Below are positions 1-10,266 of a stretch of 64,000 nucleotides of DNA, piece by piece. Numbering within the stretch: the first letter of the stretch is position 1; every line of letters starts with the position of its first letter. Made by a program: the position numbers and the translations under genes. This DNA is from Candidatus Cloacimonadota bacterium (GTDB lineage Bacteria; Cloacimonadota; Cloacimonadia; Cloacimonadales; JAJBBL01): positions 79,781 through 143,780 of the forward strand of contig JAHYIR010000004.1 in NCBI GenBank assembly GCA_019429305.1. The letters are read 5' to 3'. The notes under the pieces are model-generated. The model was not told the DNA's origin. It made no database searches and was given only the letters and a program-made list of their open reading frames with translations.

Positions 1-1
1 A

Positions 2-1201
2 GTAAATAAAGTAGCAGTTTTCAATATAGACCACATGGCTCAGATCAGAGTGCGGGGCAGAGATGCAGCTAAATTGCTGCAGAGAGTTTTACCTGCCGAT
101 ATAGAGCAGATGAATGTCGGACAGTGTAAATATACTTTGCTCCTAACACCTAATGGAACAGTAATAGATGATATGATCATAATGAGATTAGGAGATAATG
201 AGTTTATTCTCGTGATCAATGCCGGGCATGATATTACTGATCAGGTTATTATTGACGGTAAAGAGGTCGTAATGGTCTCTGATGCCGATTATATCTATTC
301 TTTTCTGCACGATGGGGAAGAGGTTGATATTACTGATATCTCCGACCAATTAGTAAAGATCGACATTCAGGGTATGTATTCCTATAAAGTTATTTCTCAA
401 TTATATGGGCAAGAGGTATTAAGAAATCGTCATAACCCGGAAAAGAATATGAGTTTCTTTACTTTTAACGAGTTTGAGTATCAAAATCAACGTTGCCTGT
501 TAAGCAGAACCGGATATACCAATCGCTGGGGATGGGAGATGTATTTCCCTAAAGCTATTGCAGAACAGGAGTTTAAGCGTATCGTGGAGATTGTATATCC
601 TTTAGGTGGTTTGGTAGTAGGTTTAGGTGGCAGAGATGAAAATAGAATATCAGCCGGAAACTTCGGGCTACCTCTCTACGGACATGAATATGATAAATAT
701 CATACACCAACTAATGCTCCCCTCTTTAAGGCGGCTATAGATATGCATAAAACCGATTTTATCGGCAAATCGGCTTTAGATAGGGATTTATCAAACCGAG
801 TTGATAAACGGCTTGTACTCTTCATTTCTGAAGGGATCGTAACCGGCAGAGGTATCTATAAGGATGGAGTCCGATTGGGTTCAGTTACTTCGAGTATCAA
901 TTCTCCCAATATTCCATTGGATAAACGACTCTTTATAGAATCAGAACGACGCGGAGTCAGTGAAGAGAATGGTATTGCCGCTATTGGTCTGGGTTGGTTA
1001 TATCATAATCCATTCGATACAGATCAAGAAGGGAATGACATCTTGGAAAAAGATGGGAAGGAAGTAAAAATTAAGGTTGAATTTTATAGGGAAGACAATG
1101 ACCGAAAACCTGTTGGAAATCCTGTTAAGGGGTATATATCAGGGAATGGAGTCAATCCTGCTACAGCTCCACGTGCTTTGAAAGCTATCGAGAAGCTATA
1201 A
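2..1201 (+). CDS. aminomethyltransferase (GcvT / glycine-cleavage T) family folate-binding protein, 5' end outside window
   Basis: The frame is open from base 2. The translation VNKVAVFNIDHMAQIRVRGRDAAKLL... resembles the GcvT N-terminal 'FDVSHM..V.G.DA..FL' region, so the ORF-track Met at 35 is internal and the gene starts left of the window. Confidence 0.6.
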   Translation, partial: VNKVAVFNIDHMAQIRVRGRDAAKLLQRVLPADIEQMNVGQCKYTLLLTPNGTVIDDMIIMRLGDNEFILVINAGHDITDQVIIDGKEVVMVSDADYIYSFLHDGEEVDITDISDQLVKIDIQGMYSYKVISQLYGQEVLRNRHNPEKNMSFFTFNEFEYQNQRCLLSRTGYTNRWGWEMYFPKAIAEQEFKRIVEIVYPLGGLVVGLGGRDENRISAGNFGLPLYGHEYDKYHTPTNAPLFKAAIDMHKTDFIGKSALDRDLSNRVDKRLVLFISEGIVTGRGIYKDGVRLGSVTSSINSPNIPLDKRLFIESERRGVSEENGIAAIGLGWLYHNPFDTDQEGNDILEKDGKEVKIKVEFYREDNDRKPVGNPVKGYISGNGVNPATAPRALKAIEKL

Positions 1202-1226
1202 AGTTAAAGAGAGAAATTAAGTATAT

Positions 1227-2246
1227 ATGACAAATAATAAACGAGTTTTGGTAACCGGTGGTGCCGGTTTTGTCGGCTCTAATCTTGTCCGCTATCTGTT
1301 GAAAAAGTATCCTCATTATCAGATAGTTAACTTTGATAAATTAACCGAATCAGGCTCTCTAAGCAGATTAAGTGCTGAGAATAATAATCCCAATTATCTG
1401 TTTGTAAATGGCGACATCTCTTCAGAAAGAGACGTCCAATATGTCTTTGAAGAGTATAAGCCCGATTATATAATCCATTTAGCGTCACAATCATATATTG
1501 ACCGTAATATTCATCAACCTGGGATATTTATCCAAACTAATGTTATTGGTACACAAAATATATTATTGAATGCACGAACTACAAAGACCGGTAAAATTGT
1601 GCAGGTTTCAACCAGCAAGGTTTACGGAAGTACAAGATTTGGCACTGGAAAGGTTAACGAAAATACTCCGATGAGACCATGTGATCCCTACTCAGCAAGT
1701 AAAGCAGCAGCAGATCTATTTGTTCAGGCAGCTTATCGGGCACACAATCTGGATATTAACATAATCAGACCGACTAATATATATGGTCCCTTTCAATTTC
1801 CGGAAAAGCTTATTCCGACAGTTATTGGTAATATTCTGAATGAAAAAGATGTCCCCGTTTTTGGTGATGGTCAGAATTTGAGGGACTGGATATATATTGA
1901 TGACTATTGTAATGCTATTGATCTGGTTTTGCATAAAGGTACTCCCGGAGAGATATATAACATCAGTTCTGGTGATGAGAGAAAAAATATTGATTTGATT
2001 AGAATGATCATGAAGATGATGACAGCCGAAGAGACAAGATTGGAATTCTTGAAAGACCGATTGGGTGATGAATCATATCCCTGTATCAATTCGGATCATT
2101 TCCGGGCTGAATTAGACTGGAAACCTAAATTTTCTTTGGAGAAGGGGCTGGCAAAAACAATTGATTGGTATAAAACTCATACTGATTGGACTGATGAGAT
2201 CTATTCAGGAGATTATCAGAAACAAAATCAAGAACTACAAGAATAA
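1227..2246 (+). CDS. NAD-dependent epimerase/dehydratase, dTDP-glucose 4,6-dehydratase (RmlB)-like
   Basis: It has a Rossmann GGAGFVGS motif, the YSASK catalytic pair, and PEKLIP and GDGxNxRDW motifs typical of RmlB-type extended SDRs. The usual STDE box reads STSK here (see findings). Confidence 0.7.
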   Translation: MTNNKRVLVTGGAGFVGSNLVRYLLKKYPHYQIVNFDKLTESGSLSRLSAENNNPNYLFVNGDISSERDVQYVFEEYKPDYIIHLASQSYIDRNIHQPGIFIQTNVIGTQNILLNARTTKTGKIVQVSTSKVYGSTRFGTGKVNENTPMRPCDPYSASKAAADLFVQAAYRAHNLDINIIRPTNIYGPFQFPEKLIPTVIGNILNEKDVPVFGDGQNLRDWIYIDDYCNAIDLVLHKGTPGEIYNISSGDERKNIDLIRMIMKMMTAEETRLEFLKDRLGDESYPCINSDHFRAELDWKPKFSLEKGLAKTIDWYKTHTDWTDEIYSGDYQKQNQELQE

Positions 2247-2265
2247 GGAGAATTGTTATAACAAT

Positions 2266-3816
2266 ATGAAGTTTCGTCTTACATGCCTGATTTTCATAAT
2301 ACTAATAACAGCTTTTTTGAGCGGATGTTCAACTATACTGAACTATTTTCCTCAAAGGGAGATTGAAAAAGAGACAACAATTATTGAAGAACCTGTCAGT
2401 CAGGTAGCACAAGATCTTTCCGACTATGCTTATCTGAAGAGCATCTATTCGGATGATGTCAACGAGCTGCTTAATCTTGTTTATTATAAGGATAAGAAGA
2501 TCGATTCTCTTTATACACTGATAGAATACCTCTATTTCAAAACCGATTCGCTCTATCAGGATTTGGATTATTTCAACGGCAGGGTCATGATCAATACGGA
2601 TTTCGAAATACCAAAATCTTTCGTTTTTGCAGGTAGGGTATTCGATATAAGTAACGATAGAATATATCATAAATTCAGTGAGATCTTTGACCAAGAACTA
2701 AAGGCAGCTCATCGTTTCATACCCCGTAGTAGTATTTATTTTCCGCTATTTGATGAAGTTTTTACCTCTCATGGTGTACCTCTCGATGTAAAGTACTTAG
2801 CAATAGCAGAAAGCGGTTTAAGTTCTATGGCGACTTCATCGGTAGGAGCCGGTGGAATCTGGCAGTTTATGCCTTCAACTGCAAGGCAGTATGATCTGAG
2901 AATAGATAACTTCATTGATGAAAGACGTAACATCTTTAAAGCTACCGATGCAGCTGCGAGATATTTGATCAATAGCTATCAATTCATGCAAAATCTGGGA
3001 AGTGATGACTGGCTGCTGGCTATGTGTGCCTATAATGCCGGTAATAATGGTGTAGCAAGAGTGATGAGAGAACAACAGGCAAATGACTTCTTTGATCTGA
3101 TAATGAGGGTGGACGAAACAAACCGCTATGTTTGGCGTGCTGCAGCAATAAAGCTTATCTTCGAAAATGAAGAGTTACTTTTTGGTAAGAGATTCAAGAG
3201 AGAACCTTCCTTGTTGGAAGTGACGAGAATAGAAACACTTAACTTGAACGGTTATTACCAGCTAAATGATTGGGTACAGGCACAGGGAACTGTTTTAAGA
3301 CGAATTTGGGAACTCAATCCTTGGATCAATCTCTCTCAAAGACAGAGACAGAGATATTCGGCTATCAATGATATGGTTTTACCCCCCGGTGAATATGAAA
3401 TCCTTGTCCCTAAAGAAAGTGATAAGAATGAAGAGCAACTGGCAAGAATCGAAAGGGGTTTTTTAGACCGTAATGCCGGATATTTTACTCACCATACTGT
3501 TCAGAGAGGAGATACTCTCTATGATATTGCTCGTCGTTATAATACAACCGTTGCCAATATCAGATCAATTAACAATCTGCAAGGTAATACAATATATCCC
3601 GGGCAGAGATTGCAAATATTGGGTTCTCCTTCAGCCGGAGGTAGTGGATCAGGAAGCAATATTTATGTCGTTCAGAGTGGAGATTCTCTTGATTCAATCG
3701 CTCGAAAACTTAATGTATCACTTAGTCATCTTCTAACCCGTAACAATTTGTCAGTTCAGGAACGTAACGGAAGAAGGATCGTCATAATTCATCCCGGACA
3801 AAGAATACACTATTAA
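2266..3816 (+). CDS. mltD: MltD-like lytic transglycosylase lipoprotein (SLT domain + two LysM repeats)
   Basis: An aaggag RBS precedes ATG 2266 and the signal peptide has lipobox LSGC. The SLT motif is AESGLSS..GAGGIWQFMPSTA, followed by two LysM repeats (HTVQRGDTLYDIARRY.. and YVVQSGDSLDSIARKL..). The ORF-track start at 2161 overlaps the upstream gene. Confidence 0.85.
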   Translation: MKFRLTCLIFIILITAFLSGCSTILNYFPQREIEKETTIIEEPVSQVAQDLSDYAYLKSIYSDDVNELLNLVYYKDKKIDSLYTLIEYLYFKTDSLYQDLDYFNGRVMINTDFEIPKSFVFAGRVFDISNDRIYHKFSEIFDQELKAAHRFIPRSSIYFPLFDEVFTSHGVPLDVKYLAIAESGLSSMATSSVGAGGIWQFMPSTARQYDLRIDNFIDERRNIFKATDAAARYLINSYQFMQNLGSDDWLLAMCAYNAGNNGVARVMREQQANDFFDLIMRVDETNRYVWRAAAIKLIFENEELLFGKRFKREPSLLEVTRIETLNLNGYYQLNDWVQAQGTVLRRIWELNPWINLSQRQRQRYSAINDMVLPPGEYEILVPKESDKNEEQLARIERGFLDRNAGYFTHHTVQRGDTLYDIARRYNTTVANIRSINNLQGNTIYPGQRLQILGSPSAGGSGSGSNIYVVQSGDSLDSIARKLNVSLSHLLTRNNLSVQERNGRRIVIIHPGQRIHY

Positions 3817-3832
3817 GTTCAGAGACTTGTAC

Positions 3833-4312
3833 ATGAAAGAAACTGTTATCAGATTAATGAAAAGCGATGATTTATCGGAGGTATTAATAATTGAAGAAGA
3901 GGTCTTTACCGATCCTTGGCTTAAGGACATGTTTATTCAGGAAATAGAACAAGATAGTGCATTTGTTTTGGAAACCAAAGATGATAAAGAGCTAATTGGA
4001 TATATATGCGGTTTGAAAGTGCTTGACGAGTATATGATAACCAATATAGCAATTACAAAATCTGAGCAGCATAAAGGATATGGTAAATTATTGTTACGTT
4101 ACTTGTTCCGCGAGTTGATTAAAGAGGGTTGCAAAAAGTGTTTTTTAGAGGTTAGAGCATCTAATAAGCAGGCGATCACTTTCTATACCAGTCACGGATT
4201 TGATACCATAGGTAAGCGTAAAGAGTATTATCAAAATCCTATAGAAGATGCATTGATTATGAAACTCGATTTTGCTGAACCTATTCAGCGATGGAGTGAT
4301 ACAAAGATATAA
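3833..4312 (+). CDS. rimI: GNAT N-acetyltransferase, RimI-like (ribosomal-protein-alanine acetyltransferase)
   Basis: The size is about 160 aa. The GNAT core (ITNIAITKSEQHKGYGKLLL, CFLEVRASNKQAITFY) resembles RimI. The first ATG is at 3833 and the ORF-track start at 3827 is TTG. Confidence 0.65.
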   Translation: MKETVIRLMKSDDLSEVLIIEEEVFTDPWLKDMFIQEIEQDSAFVLETKDDKELIGYICGLKVLDEYMITNIAITKSEQHKGYGKLLLRYLFRELIKEGCKKCFLEVRASNKQAITFYTSHGFDTIGKRKEYYQNPIEDALIMKLDFAEPIQRWSDTKI

Positions 4313-4325
4313 ACAGAGAAGAAAA

Positions 4326-5924
4326 ATGATCAAAACAGATTTCTTAGTTATCGGTAGTGGAGTAGCTGGTTTAGTTTATGCTTTGGAAGTGGCGAAGATC
4401 GGTAAGGTTATTGTTATTTCCAAAACAGAAGCGAATGACTGTAATACAAATCACGCACAGGGTGGTGTTGCAGCGGTACTCAGCGAAACGGACAGTTTTG
4501 AAAACCACGTAGATGATAGCTTTAAAGCGGGATGTGAATTAGGAAAGTATCCGGTAATTGAGACGATAGTTCGTCAAGGACCTGAACGGATAAAGTATTT
4601 GATCAGTATAGGAGCAAAATTCTCCAAAGTCCGAAATGATACTTCGCAGAATATAGAAACCCTTTCTCTTACTAAGGAGGGTGGACATACACGTAATCGT
4701 GTGGTCTATTCTGCAGATTCTACCGGTCAGGAGATAATGAAGGTCTTGTTGGAACAAGTTAAGAACAATCCTAACATTGCTATATATGAGAATCATATTG
4801 CAATTGATCTGATAACTCAACATCATATCTCTGAACAAAATGGTTTTATACCTTACATAACCTGTTGGGGTGCTTATGTCTTGAACACAGAAAATGGAGT
4901 AGTGGAAATATTCCGAGCCAAGAAAACTATGTTAGCTACCGGTGGAGTAGGGCAAGTTTATGAACATAGCACCAATTCTTCTGTATCAACAGGTGATGGG
5001 ATTGCTATGGCATATCTTGCCGGAGCTAGAGTCGTTAATATGGAGTTCATCCAGTTTCATCCTACAGCATTCTATTCACCGGGGGGAAACTCCTTCTTGG
5101 TAACAGAAGCATTGAGGGGAGAAGGGGCAGTTCTTACTTTGCCAGATGGCTCAAGTTTCATGGAGAAGTACCATCCACAAGGTTCTCTGGCACCTAGAGA
5201 TATTGTTTCCAGAGCAATAGACCATGAAATGAAGACAAAGGGGTACTCTCATCTATATCTGGATGCAACCAGCATTGATAAAAACATCCTCAAAGAACAT
5301 TTCCCATTTATAGATCAGATGTGCCGGGAAAGAGGAATAGATTTCACAACTCAACCTATACCTATAGTCCCTTCGGCACACTATCTCTGTGGCGGGATAT
5401 TGGCTACTGTCGATGGGGTCACAGATATAACGAATCTCTTTGCTGCCGGTGAAGTTGCCTGTACCGGTTTTCACGGTGCTAACCGTTTAGCATCTAATTC
5501 AATTTTAGAAGCACTGGTAGTTGCCTATAGAGCAGCACAGCATTCTTCAAACAAAGAGGAAGTGGATTTTCCGGAGATCCCTTTATGGCAGAATACCGGT
5601 GCTTTCAATGAAGCGGAATGGGTCATCATATCTCATAATTATGCTATTATCAAAAAGATCATGCAGGGTTATGCAGGCATAGTACGTTCCAGAAGACTTC
5701 TCAAATATGCTAATTCCCGTATAAACGGTATATATGAAGAAGTTAATAAATTTTACAATAACAACCCTGTAAAGAAAGAGGTTATCGAAACCAGAAATCT
5801 GGCTATAGTTGCTAATATCATCATCAGATCAGCATTATCACGTAAAGAGAGCCGTGGTGTTCATTATGTGATTGATTACCCCGAGATGGATGATAAATAT
5901 AAAAGGGATACAGTTATATACTAA
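4326..5924 (+). CDS. nadB: L-aspartate oxidase
   Basis: It has the FAD dinucleotide fold DFLVIGSGVAGL, the succinate dehydrogenase/fumarate reductase flavoprotein-like motifs HAQGG and HPTA, and a C-terminal ESRGVHY. The length of about 530 aa fits NadB. The start was chosen at MIKTDFLVIG. Confidence 0.9.
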   Translation: MIKTDFLVIGSGVAGLVYALEVAKIGKVIVISKTEANDCNTNHAQGGVAAVLSETDSFENHVDDSFKAGCELGKYPVIETIVRQGPERIKYLISIGAKFSKVRNDTSQNIETLSLTKEGGHTRNRVVYSADSTGQEIMKVLLEQVKNNPNIAIYENHIAIDLITQHHISEQNGFIPYITCWGAYVLNTENGVVEIFRAKKTMLATGGVGQVYEHSTNSSVSTGDGIAMAYLAGARVVNMEFIQFHPTAFYSPGGNSFLVTEALRGEGAVLTLPDGSSFMEKYHPQGSLAPRDIVSRAIDHEMKTKGYSHLYLDATSIDKNILKEHFPFIDQMCRERGIDFTTQPIPIVPSAHYLCGGILATVDGVTDITNLFAAGEVACTGFHGANRLASNSILEALVVAYRAAQHSSNKEEVDFPEIPLWQNTGAFNEAEWVIISHNYAIIKKIMQGYAGIVRSRRLLKYANSRINGIYEEVNKFYNNNPVKKEVIETRNLAIVANIIIRSALSRKESRGVHYVIDYPEMDDKYKRDTVIY

Positions 5925-6535
5925 TGAGCTATTTTATAACTTTTGAAGGAATTGAAGGTTGCGGAAAGAGCACCCACTCGATCTTATTGGCAGAATATCT
6001 TCATTCGATTAACTATGATGTTCTTTTAACAAGAGAACCGGGTGGTCCTCCGATATCAGAGAAAATAAGGGCTATATTATTGGATAGGAATCATTCAGAA
6101 ATGTTGCCACAAACTGAGTTGTTACTCTATATGGCTAGTCGTTCTCAACATACAGGAGAATGGATCAAACCTGCCTTAAAAGAGGGGAAGATCGTTATAT
6201 GTGATCGCTATTATGATTCCTCTTTAGCCTATCAGGGTGGAGGCCGTGATCTTGATCTAAAGGTTATCCGTTCTATAACCAAATTTGCCACTTTTGGTTT
6301 AGTTCCTGATTGCACAATTCTGATTGATATACCTGTCGAGATAGGGATTGAGAGAATAAAGCAAAAAACTCCAGATCGGATAGAATCTGAGTCAATACAT
6401 TTTCATGAAAAAGTAAGGAATTTGTTTCTTGATGTTGCAAAAGAGGAGTCCAAGCGTTACATTATTATAAATGGGAATAAAAACATAGAAGATATTCAGG
6501 CACAAATAAGAGAGTTAGTTTTAAGAAGAATATAA
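5924..6535 (+). CDS. tmk: dTMP (thymidylate) kinase
   Basis: It has the P-loop FEGIEGCGKSTH, the REPGG motif and DRYYDSSLAYQG. Its ATG overlaps the nadB stop. Confidence 0.9.
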   Translation: MSYFITFEGIEGCGKSTHSILLAEYLHSINYDVLLTREPGGPPISEKIRAILLDRNHSEMLPQTELLLYMASRSQHTGEWIKPALKEGKIVICDRYYDSSLAYQGGGRDLDLKVIRSITKFATFGLVPDCTILIDIPVEIGIERIKQKTPDRIESESIHFHEKVRNLFLDVAKEESKRYIIINGNKNIEDIQAQIRELVLRRI

Positions 6536-6547
6536 GGATGGTATGTA

Positions 6548-8155
6548 ATGAAAATTACTAAAACAAACAAAACAATCTTATCAGTTTTCTTGGTTTTATG
6601 GTTGTTTGTCGGTCTATCAGTGATAAATTATGCTTTCGCACAAACTACCCAACAGACCGATTCTGTTGATACATACAGAAAACTACGACTATTTACCGAA
6701 GTCTTTAATCGTTTAAGACAGAATTATATCTACGACATTGATGTTGATAAAGTAATAGATGCCGCTATTGAAGGGATGTTGGATGAGTTTGATGTTCATA
6801 CTCATTTTTTTCTACCCGATGATTTTGATGATTTTCGTACAGGAACACAAGGAAAATTTGGTGGCTTAGGTATATCCATTGATAAACAGGGAGATTTTAT
6901 AACTGTGATTTCACCTATTGAAGGAACTCCTGCATATGAAATGGGTATCTTAGCCGGTGATAAGATCATCAAAGTAGATGATGAAAGTATCGTTGGAATG
7001 AATACTAACGATGCCATTAAGCTCATGCGAGGCGATGTCGGAACTAGAGTTAAGATCACTATCAGCCGTCCCGGCGTAGAGAACGATCTGGAATTCAATA
7101 TTATCAGAGACTTGATTGAGATCAAATCGGTACCTTATACCTTCAAGCTCGATAACGGAATTGGCTATATCAGAATAAGACAATTCAATGCCAATACATC
7201 AAAAGAATTGAGAGACGCTTTGGATGATCTGGAAAGTCAGGGTATTAGAGGTCTTTTGATCGATCTCCGTTTCAATCCGGGTGGATTGCTTAACGAAGCA
7301 ATTGATACTGTAAATGAGTTTGTCGGAAAAGATAAAAAGGTTGTCTTTACGAGAGGAAGATTACCTCAAGCTAATCAAGAGTTCTATACGAGATACGATC
7401 GTATCAGAACAGGATATCCGATTATTGTTTTGATTAATGAAGCTTCTGCCAGTGCATCAGAAATTTTTGCCGGTTCTATGCAGGACTGGGATAAAGGTTT
7501 GGTAGTCGGAAAAACCAGTTTCGGTAAAGGTTCTGTTCAACAACTTTTCCCACTGCAGGACGGATATGGGATCAAGATCACTACTTCAAAATACTTTATT
7601 CATTCCGGCAGAGGAATACATAAAGATGTTAACGATAGAATCTTAAGAGGGGAAGAGCTCTCCGAAAGTGATTTACAAGCAATTGAAGAAGAGATCCAGA
7701 GAGATATATATTATACTGAAAATGGTCGTGTAGTTTATGGTGGTGGTGGTATTACTCCTGATATTGAGATTACTGCTGAACGAATGAATCCATTCCAAAC
7801 TGAAGTCAGAAGAAAAAATCTCTTTTTCCCCTACTCAATTGATTTCATGTTAGAACATGAAGATCAAGTCACAGAGCGGTTTGAGATCACTGATGAAATT
7901 TTTCAAGATTTTTTGAAATATTTAGATGACAATGGAGTTACATATATAAATGAGGATATTGAACAGTCGGAATCATGGCTCAAGATATCGCTGCAAAGTA
8001 ACATTATCGGACGTAAGTTCGGAGAAAATGCAGGATACATAGTTGGGTTGGGATTAGATGATCAGTTACAGGAAGCTCTCTCCCTGTTTGATAGATTCGA
8101 AACACTTGACGAGATGTTTGCCTATGCAGAATCTCTCAAAGTAGCCAACAAGTAA
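6548..8155 (+). CDS. carboxy-terminal processing protease (peptidase S41A) with PDZ domain
   Basis: An N-terminal signal/TM segment is followed by a PDZ region (GGLGISI..GDKIIKVDD). The S41 motifs are LIDLRFNPGGLL, ASASASEIFAG and TSFGKGSVQ. Confidence 0.9.
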   Translation: MKITKTNKTILSVFLVLWLFVGLSVINYAFAQTTQQTDSVDTYRKLRLFTEVFNRLRQNYIYDIDVDKVIDAAIEGMLDEFDVHTHFFLPDDFDDFRTGTQGKFGGLGISIDKQGDFITVISPIEGTPAYEMGILAGDKIIKVDDESIVGMNTNDAIKLMRGDVGTRVKITISRPGVENDLEFNIIRDLIEIKSVPYTFKLDNGIGYIRIRQFNANTSKELRDALDDLESQGIRGLLIDLRFNPGGLLNEAIDTVNEFVGKDKKVVFTRGRLPQANQEFYTRYDRIRTGYPIIVLINEASASASEIFAGSMQDWDKGLVVGKTSFGKGSVQQLFPLQDGYGIKITTSKYFIHSGRGIHKDVNDRILRGEELSESDLQAIEEEIQRDIYYTENGRVVYGGGGITPDIEITAERMNPFQTEVRRKNLFFPYSIDFMLEHEDQVTERFEITDEIFQDFLKYLDDNGVTYINEDIEQSESWLKISLQSNIIGRKFGENAGYIVGLGLDDQLQEALSLFDRFETLDEMFAYAESLKVANK

Positions 8156-8183
8156 AGCAACATAGTAAATCTCCTAAGACAAG

Positions 8184-8216
8184 AGGGGGGGTGATTAAGT
8201 TCACTCCCCTTTTTGG
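8184..8216 (+). terminator. rho-independent terminator after ctp (possibly bidirectional with hslU)
   Basis: An 11-bp G/C-rich stem, agggggggtga / tcactcccctt (two G-T wobbles), carries a 6-nt loop ttaagt and is followed by a T run (ttttt). It lies 29 nt after the ctp stop, between convergent genes. Confidence 0.75.
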
Positions 8217-8357
8217 TTTATATTTACCTCTTAAATAGCTAAATTAATCGTATGAATCTAAGAGATCACTTTATATTAATGCGTGTAACTATAAGAAAAA
8301 AGGTAAAATAAATAGTATATCATTATGTAGCTTAAAGATTTTGTCTATCTTTAGATA

Positions 8358-9728
8358 TTAGAGAATGTATTTTGCGAGGTCTTCGTCTTCGATGATCTTG
8401 TTCAGTTTTTCTCTAACTGCCTTACCATCGATAATTATTTTCGAGATCTTCTTTTCTGGTAGATCAAAGAGATACTCTTCGAGAAGAGTGGTCATGATAG
8501 TATGTAATCTGCGTGCACCGATATCTTCCATTTTTTCATTTGCTTTAGTAGCGAATTCGGCAATTTCTTCTATAGCTTCCTGATTGAATTCCAGCACTGC
8601 TTTTTCAGCATTGAAGAGGGCAGTATATTGTTTAATTAGTGAGTTTTTCGGGAATTGCAGTATCTTGATAAAGTCATCTTTTGATAAGCTTTTCAATTCC
8701 TCTCTTAAGGGAAAACGCCCTTGTAGTTCAGGGATCAGATCAGAAGGTTTAGCCGTATTAAAAGCACCAGCAGCAATGAATAGTATATGTCTGGTATTAA
8801 TCATCCCATATTTTGTAGGTACATTTGATCCTTCCACAATAGGGAGCAGGTCTCTCTGCACTCCGGATCGAGAAACATCAATGCCCGGCTTTTTATCAGA
8901 AGTAGCTATTTTGTCTATTTCATCGATAAAGATAATGCCGTTATTTTCGACACGTAGTTTAGCTTCAGAAATAACTATATCCATTTTAACCAATCTATGT
9001 TGTTCAATGGAAGCGAGATATTTAATAGCTTCCGGAACTTTCATCTTCTTTTTTTGTGACTCACCTTTTGCCGGGAAAAAAGAGCCAAAAATTTCACCTA
9101 GATTTAAGTCGACATTGTCCATCCCAATATTAGAAAGCACTTCTATATGGGGAGCTCTTGGCTGTTCAAGTGTAATTTCCAATTCTCGATCATCTAATTT
9201 TTTACTCTCTAACATTACCCTCATCTTTTCGCGAGTTCTTTGTTGTCTTTCCTGTTGCTCTTTATAAGTATCTGTGTCTTCGATGTTAGTATAATCACTT
9301 TTCGGTAAAGGTACCAAAAGATCCAGTACCTTTTCTTTAGCATTTAGCAGAGCTTGTTTCTGAACCTTAACAGTCATCTCATAACGGACGTCATTTACTG
9401 CAACATCCATTAACTCCCTAACCATTGATTCCACATCACGTCCGACATAACCAACTTCTGTGAATTTGGATGCTTCTACTTTGACAAAAGGAGCATTAGT
9501 TAAATTAGCAATTCTTCTGGCTATCTCTGTTTTCCCTACACCGGTAGGTCCGATAAGAATAATATTATTGGGAACGATCTCCTGTTGTAATTCACCTTTG
9601 ACCTTAAGTCGTCGCCATCGGTTTCTAAGAGCAATTGCCACACTTCTCTTAGCTTTGTCCTGTGAGATGATATACTTATCGAGTTCTTTTACTATCTTTG
9701 TTGGTGTCAGTTTATCGAGATTATTCAT
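8358..9728 (-). CDS. hslU: ATP-dependent protease ATPase subunit HslU
   Basis: The N-terminus [33 protein letters not shown], Walker [14 protein letters not shown] and [10 protein letters not shown] are present. The gene overlaps the hslV stop. Confidence 0.95.
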   Translation of the reverse strand: MNNLDKLTPTKIVKELDKYIISQDKAKRSVAIALRNRWRRLKVKGELQQEIVPNNIILIGPTGVGKTEIARRIANLTNAPFVKVEASKFTEVGYVGRDVESMVRELMDVAVNDVRYEMTVKVQKQALLNAKEKVLDLLVPLPKSDYTNIEDTDTYKEQQERQQRTREKMRVMLESKKLDDRELEITLEQPRAPHIEVLSNIGMDNVDLNLGEIFGSFFPAKGESQKKKMKVPEAIKYLASIEQHRLVKMDIVISEAKLRVENNGIIFIDEIDKIATSDKKPGIDVSRSGVQRDLLPIVEGSNVPTKYGMINTRHILFIAAGAFNTAKPSDLIPELQGRFPLREELKSLSKDDFIKILQFPKNSLIKQYTALFNAEKAVLEFNQEAIEEIAEFATKANEKMEDIGARRLHTIMTTLLEEYLFDLPEKKISKIIIDGKAVREKLNKIIEDEDLAKYIL

Positions 9729-10266
9729 TTATCTTCAGTACCTCTACGCTGATATTCAGGTTAGTGTATATACAAATATCACCAGCTATCTCCAGAGCTT
9801 GACGCACTATATCTTCTGCTGTCATATCGGTATGTTTAGCTAAAGCTCGTGCAGCAGAAAGGGCATAACTTCCACCTGAACCAATGGCAATGACATCATC
9901 ATCAGGTTCCAGTACATCTCCTATGCCGGTAAGAATTAGTAAATTATCACGATCAGCTACGATTATCATTGCCTCTAAACGTCTTAAGATCTTATCAGAA
10001 CGCCAATCTTTAGCCAATTCTACGGCTGCTTTTTTAAGATTACCTTTGTATTCCTTCAGTTTATTCTCAAATTTCTCGAAGAGAGTAAATGAATCGGCAG
10101 TAGAACCGGCAAAACCGGCGAGAACAGTGTCATTGTATAATCTTCGGATCTTATTGGCCTTACTTTTAATAACCGTATTACCGAGAGTTACTTGTCCATC
10201 ACCACCGAGAGCGATCTGATTACCCTTTCTGACACCGATTATGGTTGTTCCTTCAATTCTCTCCAT
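9721..10266 (-). CDS. hslV: ATP-dependent protease peptidase subunit HslV
   Basis: The [11 protein letters not shown]-terminal Thr protease motif and GDGQVTLG and GSGG motifs are present. The protein is 181 aa. Confidence 0.95.
   Translation of the reverse strand: MERIEGTTIIGVRKGNQIALGGDGQVTLGNTVIKSKANKIRRLYNDTVLAGFAGSTADSFTLFEKFENKLKEYKGNLKKAAVELAKDWRSDKILRRLEAMIIVADRDNLLILTGIGDVLEPDDDVIAIGSGGSYALSAARALAKHTDMTAEDIVRQALEIAGDICIYTNLNISVEVLKINE

Noticed and set aside
2161-2265. Upstream-extended starts given by the ORF track: 2161 for the MltD-like gene, 4272 for nadB, 3827 for rimI, 42175 for the GLUG gene, 44019 for the lipoprotein, 32200 for the ADP-ribosylglycohydrolase and 59615 for the RfaE-like gene.
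   Set aside because: The extensions overlap the preceding gene or use non-ATG codons. A downstream ATG with a Shine-Dalgarno sequence begins the recognisable signal peptide or first conserved motif.
8584-9267. Long antisense ORFs: 8584..9267 and 9460..9843 opposite hslU/hslV, 37540..38052 opposite pmbA, 41231..41671 opposite the GLUG gene, 53398..53904 opposite the ArgRS tail, 61055..61495 opposite the NSS gene, and 62828..63073 and 63503..63775 opposite valS.
   Set aside because: These are shadow ORFs of well-supported genes on the other strand. Their translations are low-complexity (S/L/F/I-rich) and contain no motifs.
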